A stretch of 64,000 nt of DNA from a virus (IMGVR_UViG_3300021400_001148:160001-224000); one strand, 5' to 3'. Shown: positions 47,383 to 57,211, counted from the first letter of the stretch. A program made the numbers and translations. The notes: generated by a model from the sequence alone, not told the origin.

Positions 47383-48120
47383 ATGGCTATTGTTAAGAAA
47401 AAATATGATGTCACGACTCACACCGATAAAGTGTTATATGAATCGTCCAATGTAATATATTCTTCATTTATTGAAAATCCGACAGACAATACCGGTGATT
47501 TGTTTGTGGTCTTCAAAGAAGGAAAACAGTATAAATATGAAAATGTTTCTTATCAGGACTATCTTATGTTCAAGCACGGAGGCCTTGAAGGGTCGTCCGG
47601 AAAAGCCCTCAATAGTTTCATAATCAAGAAGTACGCCGCAGAAAAAATTGAAGACGCTGATGTGAATAAGATACTGGAGGAGATGAACAAACCGGATAGC
47701 AAGGAAGTAACTTACTTTATTCACGGACCGCGTGGAAGTGTAGACAATGAAATTTTCGAGAAATACTATATCCCAACCCTCACATATATAGTGGACAGTG
47801 TACCGGACTCAAGATTTGTTTTCAGTGCATTTGAGACCGGTTATGTCCAGAAGTCTGTTGAATATCTGCTTGGTATTGGAGTGACAGCGGATAGAATTAA
47901 AGGGTATATTCTTGAGTCGATGGATGTTCCGACATATTACTATCAAAATGTCCCTAACATTGAAACGCTTTCGACCGTACAATATCCAAATGAAAGTGCC
48001 CTTGGTGATTTCCTAATCTCCTGTTCTTCCGGTGATGTGGGGTTTGTTTCTGAACAGGAATTGAAACATATACGAAATATTTCAGAAAGTGCTTATGCAA
48101 TTCTTTCAAGGTACTTTTAA
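47383..48120 (+). CDS. KTSC-like domain protein
   Basis: SSNV..S......L.V.FK.G.QY.Y.NV......F......S.GK.LN..I. Confidence 0.65.
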   Translation: MAIVKKKYDVTTHTDKVLYESSNVIYSSFIENPTDNTGDLFVVFKEGKQYKYENVSYQDYLMFKHGGLEGSSGKALNSFIIKKYAAEKIEDADVNKILEEMNKPDSKEVTYFIHGPRGSVDNEIFEKYYIPTLTYIVDSVPDSRFVFSAFETGYVQKSVEYLLGIGVTADRIKGYILESMDVPTYYYQNVPNIETLSTVQYPNESALGDFLISCSSGDVGFVSEQELKHIRNISESAYAILSRYF

Positions 48121-48123
48121 ACC

Positions 48124-48149
48124 AAACCGCAGGTTAAAAACTGCGGTTT
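48124..48149 (+). terminator. intrinsic terminator
   Basis: aaaccgcag...ctgcggttt hairpin. Confidence 0.65.
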
Positions 48150-48183
48150 ATTTATATTTATAAAATATAGAACGAGAAATATC

Positions 48184-48420
48184 ATGGACGAGGTAACTTC
48201 TTTTTTATCACAAACATATTATGAAAGTCCTTACTGGGGCGGTTGCTGCTGTTGCTGCGCAACAAATACTAATAAGTCTAAAGCACCAAAAACTAACGAC
48301 TCGGATGTGTGCCTGAATGAAGAAAAACCTAAATCAAAGGGTTGCGTTTGTGGTAAGAATGTCGAGGGGACTCCGGGGGAAGTGTGTTACACTTGTTATA
48401 ATGACAGTGCCTGTAACTAA
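48184..48420 (+). CDS. small Cys-rich protein
   Basis: 78 aa with CCCCC, CVC, CYTC; late promoter; stop overlaps next start. Confidence 0.55.
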   Translation: MDEVTSFLSQTYYESPYWGGCCCCCATNTNKSKAPKTNDSDVCLNEEKPKSKGCVCGKNVEGTPGEVCYTCYNDSACN

Positions 48421-50657
48421 TGAAAAGAACCATTTACATAACAGAAAAACAAGCCAAAAAGATGGGCCTTCCAAAGAAGGTCCGTCAAAACCTTATACCC
48501 TATGGTGACGGAGAAGAAATCGCCGGAAGTTACCAACTCTCTTCGTCTGAAGGTGACCTTGGGTATGCACATGTGGTCGGTGGAGATGCTGGCGCAATTT
48601 GTGAGAGCAAAAGCCCTATTGAAGTATATTACCGTGGCTATAATAAGAAATACGGCCCTTGGAGAGACCACCTTTTCTGGCTCACCGACAACCCGTCTTA
48701 TGCCAAGGAGTACGGTGACACAGTTGCGGAGGTTTTACTCGATACAAGGCGTTTGAAAGACCGTGATTTTGAATGGTACGATGATTTTGACTATTATGAT
48801 GGACCATCTGAGCAAAAGGCATCTGAACTTTTGAGGGATGGTGTAAATTATTATTCATTCTCCACATACGAATTAGATAGTGAAATACTTTGCCTTTGGG
48901 ATAAGAATGCTATTGTCGGATTCCGTGAACTGTCTCAGAAAGAGTATGACGAAATACCTTCTTATGACGATATAGATGAGTCTTTGTTCAGGAGTAGTAA
49001 CCTCATTACCGAGGGATTGGACCCGAACTTCGACCTTATGCCTTATATAAACTCCTACAACGATTTCCTTGTAAGAGAAGGCCTGCCGGTAAAACCATTC
49101 CCAGAACTACATCTTGATAATACGGACCAGCGTGATATTATGATTCGCACCGGCTTTTATCGTCCGGACGAAAAATCTATAACACTCTTTGTCAAAGATA
49201 GGCATCCAAAAGATATCTTAAGGTCTTACGCCCACGAGATGTGTCATCACATCCAAAATATGGAAGACCCCGACAGGGATTGGGGGTCAGGAAAAGACCT
49301 TTCAGAAGATGATGTCCTAACTGAAATTGAATCCGATGCATATAAAAGAGGCAATATTCTCTTCAGGAAATGGACTGAGGAATTGAAGAAACATCCAGAC
49401 AACAGGCTGAACGAGGGAATAAATTGGAAAGAGCGGCTTAAAAAACTTATGAAACGCCGCGACCCGGATGGAATTGAAAGACTTAAAGAATCGGTTTCCA
49501 ATAATCTTGAAACATGGTACAGGGGATACAAGGCATCTTATGGTTCGGACAGAACGCACCTCCTTTGGTTGACAAGTGATATCTCTTATGCCAGAGCATA
49601 TGGCAACAGAGTCGAAGAGGTGGTTGTTGATATGGATAAATTAAACCCAGGCTCATTATATGATATTGACAGTGTTGTTGGGTATGAGTTTGATTACTAT
49701 GACGGGATAGATGAAGAAGATGCCGCGAAAGCAATGCAGGAAGGAATTGGTGGCTATGAATTCGAAGTGGCTGAGGATGCTGGCTATTCTTGCCTTTGCT
49801 TGTGGGATAAGTCAGCAATTGTTTCAAGAAGAGAATTGTCAAAAGAAGAGTTTACTGAAATTGAAGCCATTGAGGGGTATGATAGTCCGGAATATGATGA
49901 TGTTATCTATGAGGCAACGGAATCTGATGTGGACCTCACATCTTTTAAAATCAAAGACGAACTCAACCCCAAAATATGGAAAGATGGCGGTAAAAAAATC
50001 CGTCCCGAAGTCCGGCTGAAACTTATGGATATTGCAGACGAATTCTATGATTTCCTCAAGATATCTTGGGTCAAAGTCAAGGATATTATTGTTGTTGGCT
50101 CGATTGCAAATTACAACTGGTCCAAATTTTCCGACATAGACCTTCATATTGTAATAGATTATAATGATATCGATAAACGAAAAAATTTTGTTGAGGAATA
50201 CCTCACTTCTAAGAAAAAAGAGTGGAACTCCGGGCACCCGGGTATTAAAATTTATGGATATCAAGTCGAACTTTATGCACAGGACGAGAAAAAAGACGCT
50301 GCATCTTCCGCTGTTTATTCTATAAAGGATGACAAGTGGGTAAAAGAGCCGGTTAAAGGTGAGTTCAAAAAAAAGGACATTAATTCAAACCTCGTAAAAC
50401 GCAAGGCCGCTGATATAATGACGGACATCGAAAAAGCGGAAGATGAATATAAGTCTGGTGGAGAAAAGTCTGTTTTCAAGAAAATGGATACATTACTCGG
50501 AAATGTGAGTAAATCAAGAAGGGAGAGTCTAGCAAGCACCAAGGATGAACTCAATATTGATAACATAGTTTTCAAAGTATTGAGGAGGAATGGATATTTA
50601 GACAAAGCCTTCAATCTCAAAGACCGTGCGTTTGACAAAATACACTCTCTGGGATAG
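48420..50657 (+). CDS. polyvalent protein: duplicated ART-like domain, HExxH metallopeptidase-like domain, Pol-beta nucleotidyltransferase
   Basis: (Y/W)YRGY...WLT...YA..YG twice; AHEMCHHIQ; GSIANYNWSKFSDIDLH. Confidence 0.7.
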   Translation: MKRTIYITEKQAKKMGLPKKVRQNLIPYGDGEEIAGSYQLSSSEGDLGYAHVVGGDAGAICESKSPIEVYYRGYNKKYGPWRDHLFWLTDNPSYAKEYGDTVAEVLLDTRRLKDRDFEWYDDFDYYDGPSEQKASELLRDGVNYYSFSTYELDSEILCLWDKNAIVGFRELSQKEYDEIPSYDDIDESLFRSSNLITEGLDPNFDLMPYINSYNDFLVREGLPVKPFPELHLDNTDQRDIMIRTGFYRPDEKSITLFVKDRHPKDILRSYAHEMCHHIQNMEDPDRDWGSGKDLSEDDVLTEIESDAYKRGNILFRKWTEELKKHPDNRLNEGINWKERLKKLMKRRDPDGIERLKESVSNNLETWYRGYKASYGSDRTHLLWLTSDISYARAYGNRVEEVVVDMDKLNPGSLYDIDSVVGYEFDYYDGIDEEDAAKAMQEGIGGYEFEVAEDAGYSCLCLWDKSAIVSRRELSKEEFTEIEAIEGYDSPEYDDVIYEATESDVDLTSFKIKDELNPKIWKDGGKKIRPEVRLKLMDIADEFYDFLKISWVKVKDIIVVGSIANYNWSKFSDIDLHIVIDYNDIDKRKNFVEEYLTSKKKEWNSGHPGIKIYGYQVELYAQDEKKDAASSAVYSIKDDKWVKEPVKGEFKKKDINSNLVKRKAADIMTDIEKAEDEYKSGGEKSVFKKMDTLLGNVSKSRRESLASTKDELNIDNIVFKVLRRNGYLDKAFNLKDRAFDKIHSLG

Positions 50658-50704
50658 TATTTTAATCCAAAAGAACTATTTATAAAGAAAAATAACCAAT
50701 TGTT

Positions 50705-53269
50705 ATGTCAAATTATTACGATAACCAATTGTCTCATATGACACACCTTATGTTCTTCGGTGAATCCAAAGAAAATAAGGATAAGAAAAATATTGTTATT
50801 GAGAACAAGAAATATGGTGCTGATGGCAATGTTTACGGCATTGTTAAAGAAGGTACCAAATACTATGTCAAAACTACAACAAAGGACAAAGAAAACATTC
50901 TTGAATCCTTTGATTATATCGGCGGTTTCAATAACAGGAAAGATTACGAATATTCCAGTTACGCCGATGCTGTCAAGGATATGAATATGAAACTCATGTC
51001 TCTTAATGAAGACTATGGTAAAAGAGTCCCAGTGAATGAGGCTAAGAAAAACAATTTTGACTTCATGGATGAAAGTATGTCTGAAATGAAGGAAGATATT
51101 GCCCGTTATCGTCAAATCATGGAAAATATTGGCCAGATTTATGTTAACAAGAAGTCTGGCATTGGCGATAGGAATATTGGTGTTCCGGAGGCCCCAAAAA
51201 CCACTGATTTCAAACCAGAAATCGGCGGCCCGTTCGAAGATAAGGCCAAATATGAGGCAAATCGTGACAACAAAGAGAATGCTAAGAATTTCAAAGGTCA
51301 AGGCGGTCCTTTTGAAAAGGATAGTTCCGTTAGTGACTCCGAACTTGAGTCAGACAAAGCCCCTAAAGATATTGCCACAGACGATAAACTTGGTCAGCCT
51401 TATACTGATGCTGCACAGTATGTTCCTGACAACAGTGTTGCTGCCCAGCACCCAAAAGGCGGTGAGGTTGTAAGGGTTAATGAATCTTTTGAAGAAGAAA
51501 ATCCTGATATTGAAAGTGATGAATTTGGCCAATTAAGTCCCGAGAGTGACGCCCTTTCAAACGATGAAATTCTTTCAAAACTTGATGATACCGACGAAGA
51601 CGGTGAAACACCAGACTATGGGAATGATTTTTGGAATGAAATGGACCCCGAGTATCGTCGTCAACACGATGTAGATGGCGAAGGCAATGAGATTGCTGGC
51701 ATTGATGATATGAGTGGCGTTGACCGCAACGACATTGTTGACAGTGCTGTTAATGAGGCAGTGGAGAAAGTGCTCCATAGAAAAAATCTTGATGTGATTG
51801 CTGAGTCCGTTGCTAAAAGCCTTCTAAAAGAAGATGGTTTTGACGCTGGCACCAACAAGGGCGAAGAGGGTGACAGATACTTCAAACACGATTCTGATTT
51901 TAGATTCAAGGGTCCAGATTACAGTTCTTCAAAAAATAAAAAGGCTATAGATAACTCATTATCCAATTATATGGCCGGTGAGGGTAATAGAAAACCAAAC
52001 CTTCATAAAAATAAAGAAACGGGAGAAGCAGAACTTTATGACGAAAGCCCCAACGCTCCAAAATTTGTAAATCCGTTTAGAAAAGAACTTGATAAAAATA
52101 GTCCAAATTACGGCGAAAACAAATATGGGTTGAACATGAATGATGACCCTAACGATGATGATACGGATTTCGAAAAGAGACATGGGGCCTGGGAAAACAC
52201 TACAGATGTAAGACGAAAATTTTCCAATTATTTTTTATTGAACGGCCTTAAGGACCTTATTGATGCTGGGGCCGACCCCAAAAAAATGGTGGCGTTGGGT
52301 GATAAAATATCCAAGAGTTTTGAGCATGGCGTGTATGTTCTTCAAAGAGCCAAAAATGCGGCCGCACAAGACCTTGGCATTAGCCCTAGAATGATTGAGA
52401 ACTTCCTTTCCTCAAATTTCAAATTTGGGCAAGAATCTATTTCCGATGAAGATGATAAGAAACAAGTGTACACAGATTCTTTGAACAAATTCGGTTATCG
52501 TGATGCTAAAGTCTCTCAAAACTGCTTCATTCTTCCGGATGGAGAACTCCCCTTGAATCAGGAAAGCAAAGCATATTGTGAGGACCTAATGAATGGTCAA
52601 GTAGTTATTGGTCCTAGTTTAAAGGCCGTTGGTTATACAAATAGTGACGGTTCAGACCTCTCAACTGAAGACCTCAGGTCTTTTGTTGATGATTGTATGA
52701 AATGGGACAGCGAGTGGACAGAGGTGCTTGATACAGAAGAGGAGACGATGAAGTCAGTAATTGAATATATTAACTCAATTAAGGCTAACGATTCATATAG
52801 TGCTACTGATAGTACTAACATGCGTACCGCCATTTCTCAATGGTATAACATTATTGAACAGTTTGGTGCCTTGCAATCCCTTGTGATTATTCCTATGGAA
52901 GTACTTAATCGCAGGGAGGATGCAGAAGACCTTGTTAAATATGGAAAATTCAAGAGGAACCCGGAAGCACTGAGAACTGTCGGCCGTAGTGATGTGAGTA
53001 GCTCTGTTCCAGCAAGGGCTGGCCTTAGCGAAGAGACAACAGTTCTTCACGATTTCGGTAAACACCCGGGATACAGAAAGAAACCTATGGTTCATCCAGA
53101 AAATGTGGAAGACGCCCCCAACGGTGCAAAGGACTGGAACGACGATTCCACTAAAAGTTCAGAACCATTTGGAAAGCAGATTGGCTCCAGTAGCCCCTAT
53201 GATGAAATTGTGAAAAATGCTGTAAAAGCCGTAATCACTGTTTTAAAAGAAAATCAAAATAAAAAGTAA
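50705..53269 (+). CDS. large acidic late protein, probable head/core component
   Basis: late promoter, many (L/V/I)xE sites, GxPF motifs. Confidence 0.65.
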   Translation: MSNYYDNQLSHMTHLMFFGESKENKDKKNIVIENKKYGADGNVYGIVKEGTKYYVKTTTKDKENILESFDYIGGFNNRKDYEYSSYADAVKDMNMKLMSLNEDYGKRVPVNEAKKNNFDFMDESMSEMKEDIARYRQIMENIGQIYVNKKSGIGDRNIGVPEAPKTTDFKPEIGGPFEDKAKYEANRDNKENAKNFKGQGGPFEKDSSVSDSELESDKAPKDIATDDKLGQPYTDAAQYVPDNSVAAQHPKGGEVVRVNESFEEENPDIESDEFGQLSPESDALSNDEILSKLDDTDEDGETPDYGNDFWNEMDPEYRRQHDVDGEGNEIAGIDDMSGVDRNDIVDSAVNEAVEKVLHRKNLDVIAESVAKSLLKEDGFDAGTNKGEEGDRYFKHDSDFRFKGPDYSSSKNKKAIDNSLSNYMAGEGNRKPNLHKNKETGEAELYDESPNAPKFVNPFRKELDKNSPNYGENKYGLNMNDDPNDDDTDFEKRHGAWENTTDVRRKFSNYFLLNGLKDLIDAGADPKKMVALGDKISKSFEHGVYVLQRAKNAAAQDLGISPRMIENFLSSNFKFGQESISDEDDKKQVYTDSLNKFGYRDAKVSQNCFILPDGELPLNQESKAYCEDLMNGQVVIGPSLKAVGYTNSDGSDLSTEDLRSFVDDCMKWDSEWTEVLDTEEETMKSVIEYINSIKANDSYSATDSTNMRTAISQWYNIIEQFGALQSLVIIPMEVLNRREDAEDLVKYGKFKRNPEALRTVGRSDVSSSVPARAGLSEETTVLHDFGKHPGYRKKPMVHPENVEDAPNGAKDWNDDSTKSSEPFGKQIGSSSPYDEIVKNAVKAVITVLKENQNKK

Positions 53270-53469
53270 TACAACCTTTGTCATGTTGAAGGAAGAAGTT
53301 ACAAAACTCAACGATTTCGGTAAACACCCCGGATATAGGAAGAAGCCTATGAATCTTCCTGATAACAACGAGGTCGCCCCAAACGGTGCACGCGATTGGA
53401 ATGATGACTCAGCCAAGAGTTCAGAACCGTTTGGAAAACAGATTGGCTCCAGTGCCCCGTACGATGAAA
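53050..53469 (+). repeat. ~158 bp direct repeat shared by the end of one gene and the start of the next
   Basis: DFGKHPGYRKKPM...DWNDDS.KSSEPFGKQIGSS.PYDE at ~53050-53207 and ~53312-53469. Confidence 0.85.
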
Positions 53470-54194
53470 AGGTTGTTAACATACTTGTTGACGCTGTATT
53501 CAACGAACTCAAACGCAGTAATGTGATTAAGGAAGCTGTTGATGAAAAAAATTTTCTGAGGGTCCCACAGCAGGAACCAGCAGCGCCGGCCGCTCTTCCT
53601 GAAATGCCGGAGATGAATGCTGATGCAAATGGTGTGGCTGATGCTGGTATGATGCCTGACGACCCCGCATTGCAGGGCGGCCCCGAAAGTGGCGAAGAGA
53701 ATCCTTATGGTGCTGATTTTGATGCTGGTGTTGAGGCAGATGAAGATACTGACCCGGAAAAGTATATTCAGCAATTAACCGGTAAACTTACACAGGTTCT
53801 TCGCGACTTCGATGAGCAGAACCAAGGAAATTCTGACCTTGACAAATATGTTCTTGGGATGGTGATTAAACAGTGTGTTAAAAGCCTCGATGATGAGGGG
53901 AGAAAAGACATCATCAAAAAAATCAAGGAGACACCACAAGGCGAGGAAGTCGACATAGATTCTCCATCTGAGCCTGAGTCAAATGAACCGGTTGGTGATA
54001 CTCCTGATAATGAGGAAATGCCACCAATGAATGAAGTTAGGAAAATTAAGATGAGTAAAAAACAGTTTATGAAACTTTTTGAAAATCTTAATGATGATGA
54101 AAAACCTTCTTCTGAGAGAATTGAAAGCAAAATTTCAAAACAGGCAAAAATAAATAACAGAACCAAACCATTTACAGCACCTTCTTTCAAATAA
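53283..54194 (+). CDS. acidic late protein, probable head/core component
   Basis: 303 aa; shared module; RKIKMSKKQFMKLFE motif. Confidence 0.65.
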   Translation: MLKEEVTKLNDFGKHPGYRKKPMNLPDNNEVAPNGARDWNDDSAKSSEPFGKQIGSSAPYDEKVVNILVDAVFNELKRSNVIKEAVDEKNFLRVPQQEPAAPAALPEMPEMNADANGVADAGMMPDDPALQGGPESGEENPYGADFDAGVEADEDTDPEKYIQQLTGKLTQVLRDFDEQNQGNSDLDKYVLGMVIKQCVKSLDDEGRKDIIKKIKETPQGEEVDIDSPSEPESNEPVGDTPDNEEMPPMNEVRKIKMSKKQFMKLFENLNDDEKPSSERIESKISKQAKINNRTKPFTAPSFK

Positions 54195-54250
54195 AAAGAA
54201 AAAAAGGCATATTTATAATTAAAAATAAGAAAAAGTAAACACGATATATT

Positions 54251-54739
54251 ATGAGTGATATGTTAACCAAAATGCCGTTGCAGTATGAGCCTAAAAGAAA
54301 AAATAGGTTTATACTCCGTTTTCCTTCCGACCTCGGCATTAATGAATGGACCGTGGTGAGTGCTTCAAGGCCTCAAATACAGCAAAATGTTACTGAAATC
54401 CAGTTCCTTAACACCTCTACTTATGTAGTTGGTCGTTATACTTGGCAGACCATTCAGGTAACACTTCGTGACCCAATCGGTCCAAGCTCAGCACAAGCTG
54501 TTATGGAGTGGGTTCGTCTTCATTCCGAATCAATCACTGGTCGTCAGGGATATGCCGCGGGATACAAAAGAGATGTTGAACTCGAAATGCTTGACCCTAC
54601 CGGCGTAGTGTGCGAGAAATGGATTTTGAAGAACACATTTCTAAGTGATGTCAACTATGGCAATTTAAGTTATACTGATGATGCTCTCGCTGATATTACT
54701 ATGACACTTCGTCCTGACTATTGTGTATTAGCATATTAG
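54251..54739 (+). CDS. tail tube protein (T4 gp19-like)
   Basis: 162 aa; NRF, GRYTWQTIQVTL, EWV, YKRDVELEMLD..G...EKWIL, YGNLSY, TLRPDY. Confidence 0.85.
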   Translation: MSDMLTKMPLQYEPKRKNRFILRFPSDLGINEWTVVSASRPQIQQNVTEIQFLNTSTYVVGRYTWQTIQVTLRDPIGPSSAQAVMEWVRLHSESITGRQGYAAGYKRDVELEMLDPTGVVCEKWILKNTFLSDVNYGNLSYTDDALADITMTLRPDYCVLAY

Positions 54740-54764
54740 TATTTAATCACTTACATGTGCAGTT

Positions 54765-54797
54765 TGGTGGCTAAGACTCTTAGCCACCATTTTTTTT
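54765..54797 (+). terminator. terminator after tail tube gene
   Basis: tggtggctaag/cttagccacca stem plus T run. Confidence 0.8.
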
Positions 54798-54862
54798 CGG
54801 AATTATCCCTTTATCTGTTGTGAATAAGTCATAAAGAAAGCCGTAGGTGAAAAATCTACGGC

Positions 54863-55387
54863 TTAAATTGTATCAACATATTGTGTTATTGTATCTGTGT
54901 TTCTTGATAGAATTGCATTGAATATACCCTGCACTTTGCTTATGCAATCAATCAGCGTTGTAGCATATTCGTCTGACTTCGTATCAATACCTTCTTCGTA
55001 GAACTTATTGTGAACGGTAAGGTTGATTGCATTTGGTATTGAGAAGTCATTTTCTTCCCAAACCTCATTAAAAACTTTTTGCCTCTTCTCAGGTGCATCA
55101 TTTCCTTTGATGGAATGCCTTGCAGCAGTTGAAAGATGTCCCCTCAATTCTCCTTTCCAATGCTCTTTTGATAATGGTTCGCCTGTAATTGTACAATAGT
55201 GAACCAAGCACCAATTTATAAGAATTTGAGGTAATTCATTGTTGATTTTTTCCTTATAAACACCCCTTGGATATGGCATTTCCATAATCAGATGTTTTCC
55301 CCTTGCTTCCAACGCCTGCTCCACAGATTCCCGAATCATTTCCCTTAATTGAGATTCGGAGAGTTTTATCACTTCTTTCTTTGCCAT
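54863..55387 (-). CDS. IS passenger protein with leader motif
   Basis: MAKKEVIKLSESQLREMIRESVEQALE; helical domain with HWKGEL; hairpin 54838-54864 downstream. Confidence 0.75.
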   Translation of the reverse strand: MAKKEVIKLSESQLREMIRESVEQALEARGKHLIMEMPYPRGVYKEKINNELPQILINWCLVHYCTITGEPLSKEHWKGELRGHLSTAARHSIKGNDAPEKRQKVFNEVWEENDFSIPNAINLTVHNKFYEEGIDTKSDEYATTLIDCISKVQGIFNAILSRNTDTITQYVDTI

Positions 55388-55439
55388 ATTCGTACTTAAG
55401 TTTTATCAAATATACTAAAAATATTTGAGAATTACAAAG

Positions 55440-55889
55440 TTAAAAGGCAAAATCACCATTAAGGTAAGAGTCTGGATGAATCGGATTTTCATAAGGTTTA
55501 TCATATTCATCTTTAAATTGATTAGCAAGTTCTATTAGTCCAACCTTCATCTTCTGAAAAGGCTCACAATATTTGTTCCCTGATTGGTAAAGAATACCTA
55601 CGGCATCAGCCAATGAGTTGATTGAGTCCTTAATTTTTCCCATAGCCGATGAATAATCAAAAACCTCTTCAGATTCCTTCAAGTTTTTATTGTTAGGGTT
55701 TTTTCCACCTTTGTATATGTAGTCCATTGTTTCCCTATACTTGCTGGCATCGTCCATATCTTTAAACCATTGTTGCATGGGGTCCTTCTTATCTCGTTTA
55801 GGGTGATATTCTTTCAAAACTTTTTTCACGCTCTCTGTAATCATGTTTCGGAGTTGCGTTTCATTCAATTTGATTACATTCTTCTCCAT
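55440..55889 (-). CDS. IS passenger protein with leader motif
   Basis: MEKNVIKLNETQLRNMITESVKKVLKE; TATTTATA element at 55922-55929. Confidence 0.75.
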   Translation of the reverse strand: MEKNVIKLNETQLRNMITESVKKVLKEYHPKRDKKDPMQQWFKDMDDASKYRETMDYIYKGGKNPNNKNLKESEEVFDYSSAMGKIKDSINSLADAVGILYQSGNKYCEPFQKMKVGLIELANQFKDEYDKPYENPIHPDSYLNGDFAF

Positions 55890-55946
55890 ATATTCAATCT
55901 ATTTATAAAGTCTTATTTAATTATAAATAGTTTGAAAACCAGTAAA

Positions 55947-56888
55947 CTACGCAGCAATTGAAAGTTTTACGAGACTTTCGAAACCTTCTTCCACTTTTCT
56001 GTGATTCATACGGAAACAGAATTCATCCATATATGTCTGCATGTGCTTGACTGATACATGATGATAGATACCATATACACCCCTTTTCACGATTGCCCAA
56101 AAGGATTCAATACCATTGGTATGCTTTCCGTCACCCTTGGAAAATTCAACATCGTGGTTCACCATGATACGAATGAAATTCTTCGTGTTCTCAGCACGTC
56201 CTTCGTTAATGACATTGTAGCCACTGTACTGGTCTGTCATAACCGTAGTACCTTCCTTACAGGCATCATTCAGTACCTTTAACAATTGTTTACCTGACAG
56301 TTTAGTCCCATCTGAATTCTTGGTGGCAACCACACAATGCACCCTGCCACTACTTCTTTCCTTAACACCGATAACAGGTGTTTTGGAAGACGAACCACGC
56401 CCACGCTTGTTAAATTTCTCATTGGTTTCCCTCTCATTGTGAATATTTTCCTTACGAGGTTTACCACCAACATAAGTTTCATCAACTTCCACAATGGCTT
56501 CAAAAGTATTCTTATACTCTTCCTTACCCATGCACTCACGGATAAGGTGAAGCATTCTCCAAGCACCCTTATAGGAAACCATACCAAGTTCCCTTTGCAA
56601 CTGACAAGCGGAAATACCCTTCTTTGCAACCATAACGAGATTGATTGCATACAGCCACATGCGAATGTCAAGGTGGGTATTTTCAAAGATAGTTCCTGTC
56701 AGCACAGAGAAATGGGATTTGCAGTTATTGCAGTACAAATCCTTTCCGTCATGGGAGTTGTCTCTATAGATGTTATGAACACACCCACAGAACGGGCATA
56801 CATAAGTGCCGTTATACTTAACACGGATAATGAAGTCAATGGCAGACTTCTTGGTGGGGAAACGCTTGTTGAAATCAAAAATAGTCAT
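55947..56888 (-). CDS. IS1595-family DDE transposase
   Basis: CPFCG/CNNC zinc ribbon, HTH, VEVDETYVGG, TDQYSGY, NGIESFWAIVKR, YMDEFCFR. Confidence 0.93.
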   Translation of the reverse strand: MTIFDFNKRFPTKKSAIDFIIRVKYNGTYVCPFCGCVHNIYRDNSHDGKDLYCNNCKSHFSVLTGTIFENTHLDIRMWLYAINLVMVAKKGISACQLQRELGMVSYKGAWRMLHLIRECMGKEEYKNTFEAIVEVDETYVGGKPRKENIHNERETNEKFNKRGRGSSSKTPVIGVKERSSGRVHCVVATKNSDGTKLSGKQLLKVLNDACKEGTTVMTDQYSGYNVINEGRAENTKNFIRIMVNHDVEFSKGDGKHTNGIESFWAIVKRGVYGIYHHVSVKHMQTYMDEFCFRMNHRKVEEGFESLVKLSIAA

Positions 56889-56969
56889 AGTCTAAGTCCT
56901 TCTAACCTAAATCTATGACTATATACCCTAAAAGTCCAGGATTCTTACAACATAAAAAGGGATAATTCC

Positions 56970-57158
56970 GATTATTTTTATGTCATCAACGGAAAAAGAT
57001 ATAACCGTTTCGGATTCAGAAAAGATGTTCTGGTTAGGAAATACGGATGCCCGCCGGAGATGACAGAGAAGTCCTTCTGCGAATCAAAAGGATGGTATCG
57101 AATATACGATTGTGGGTGCCTTGTTTATAAGTGGGAAAAACCAATTGAAAGCGAGTAG
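56970..57158 (+). pseudogene. 3' remnant of a third homing endonuclease-like gene, truncated at the IS end
   Basis: frame reads DYFYVINGKRYNRFGFRKDVLVRKYGCPPEMTEKSFCESKGWYRIYDCGCLVYKW..*, close to the C-terminus of 35866..37575. Confidence 0.85.
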
Positions 57159-57211
57159 AAATACCCGCTTTTTCTTTTGCCCAACTATTTATAGTTGTAA
57201 TAATCGCAGGA

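Larger units (their letters stand above)
54798..56970 (-). mobile_element. IS1595-family (ISNha5-like) transposon with two passenger genes, 2173 bp
   Basis: terminal inverted repeats cggaattatcccttt (54798-54812) and aaagggataattccg (56956-56970), extending imperfectly to ~28-30 bp; no clean target duplication. Confidence 0.88.

Noticed and set aside
54790-56978. 8 bp target-site duplication for the IS
   Set aside because: Flanks tttttttt and attatttt do not match.
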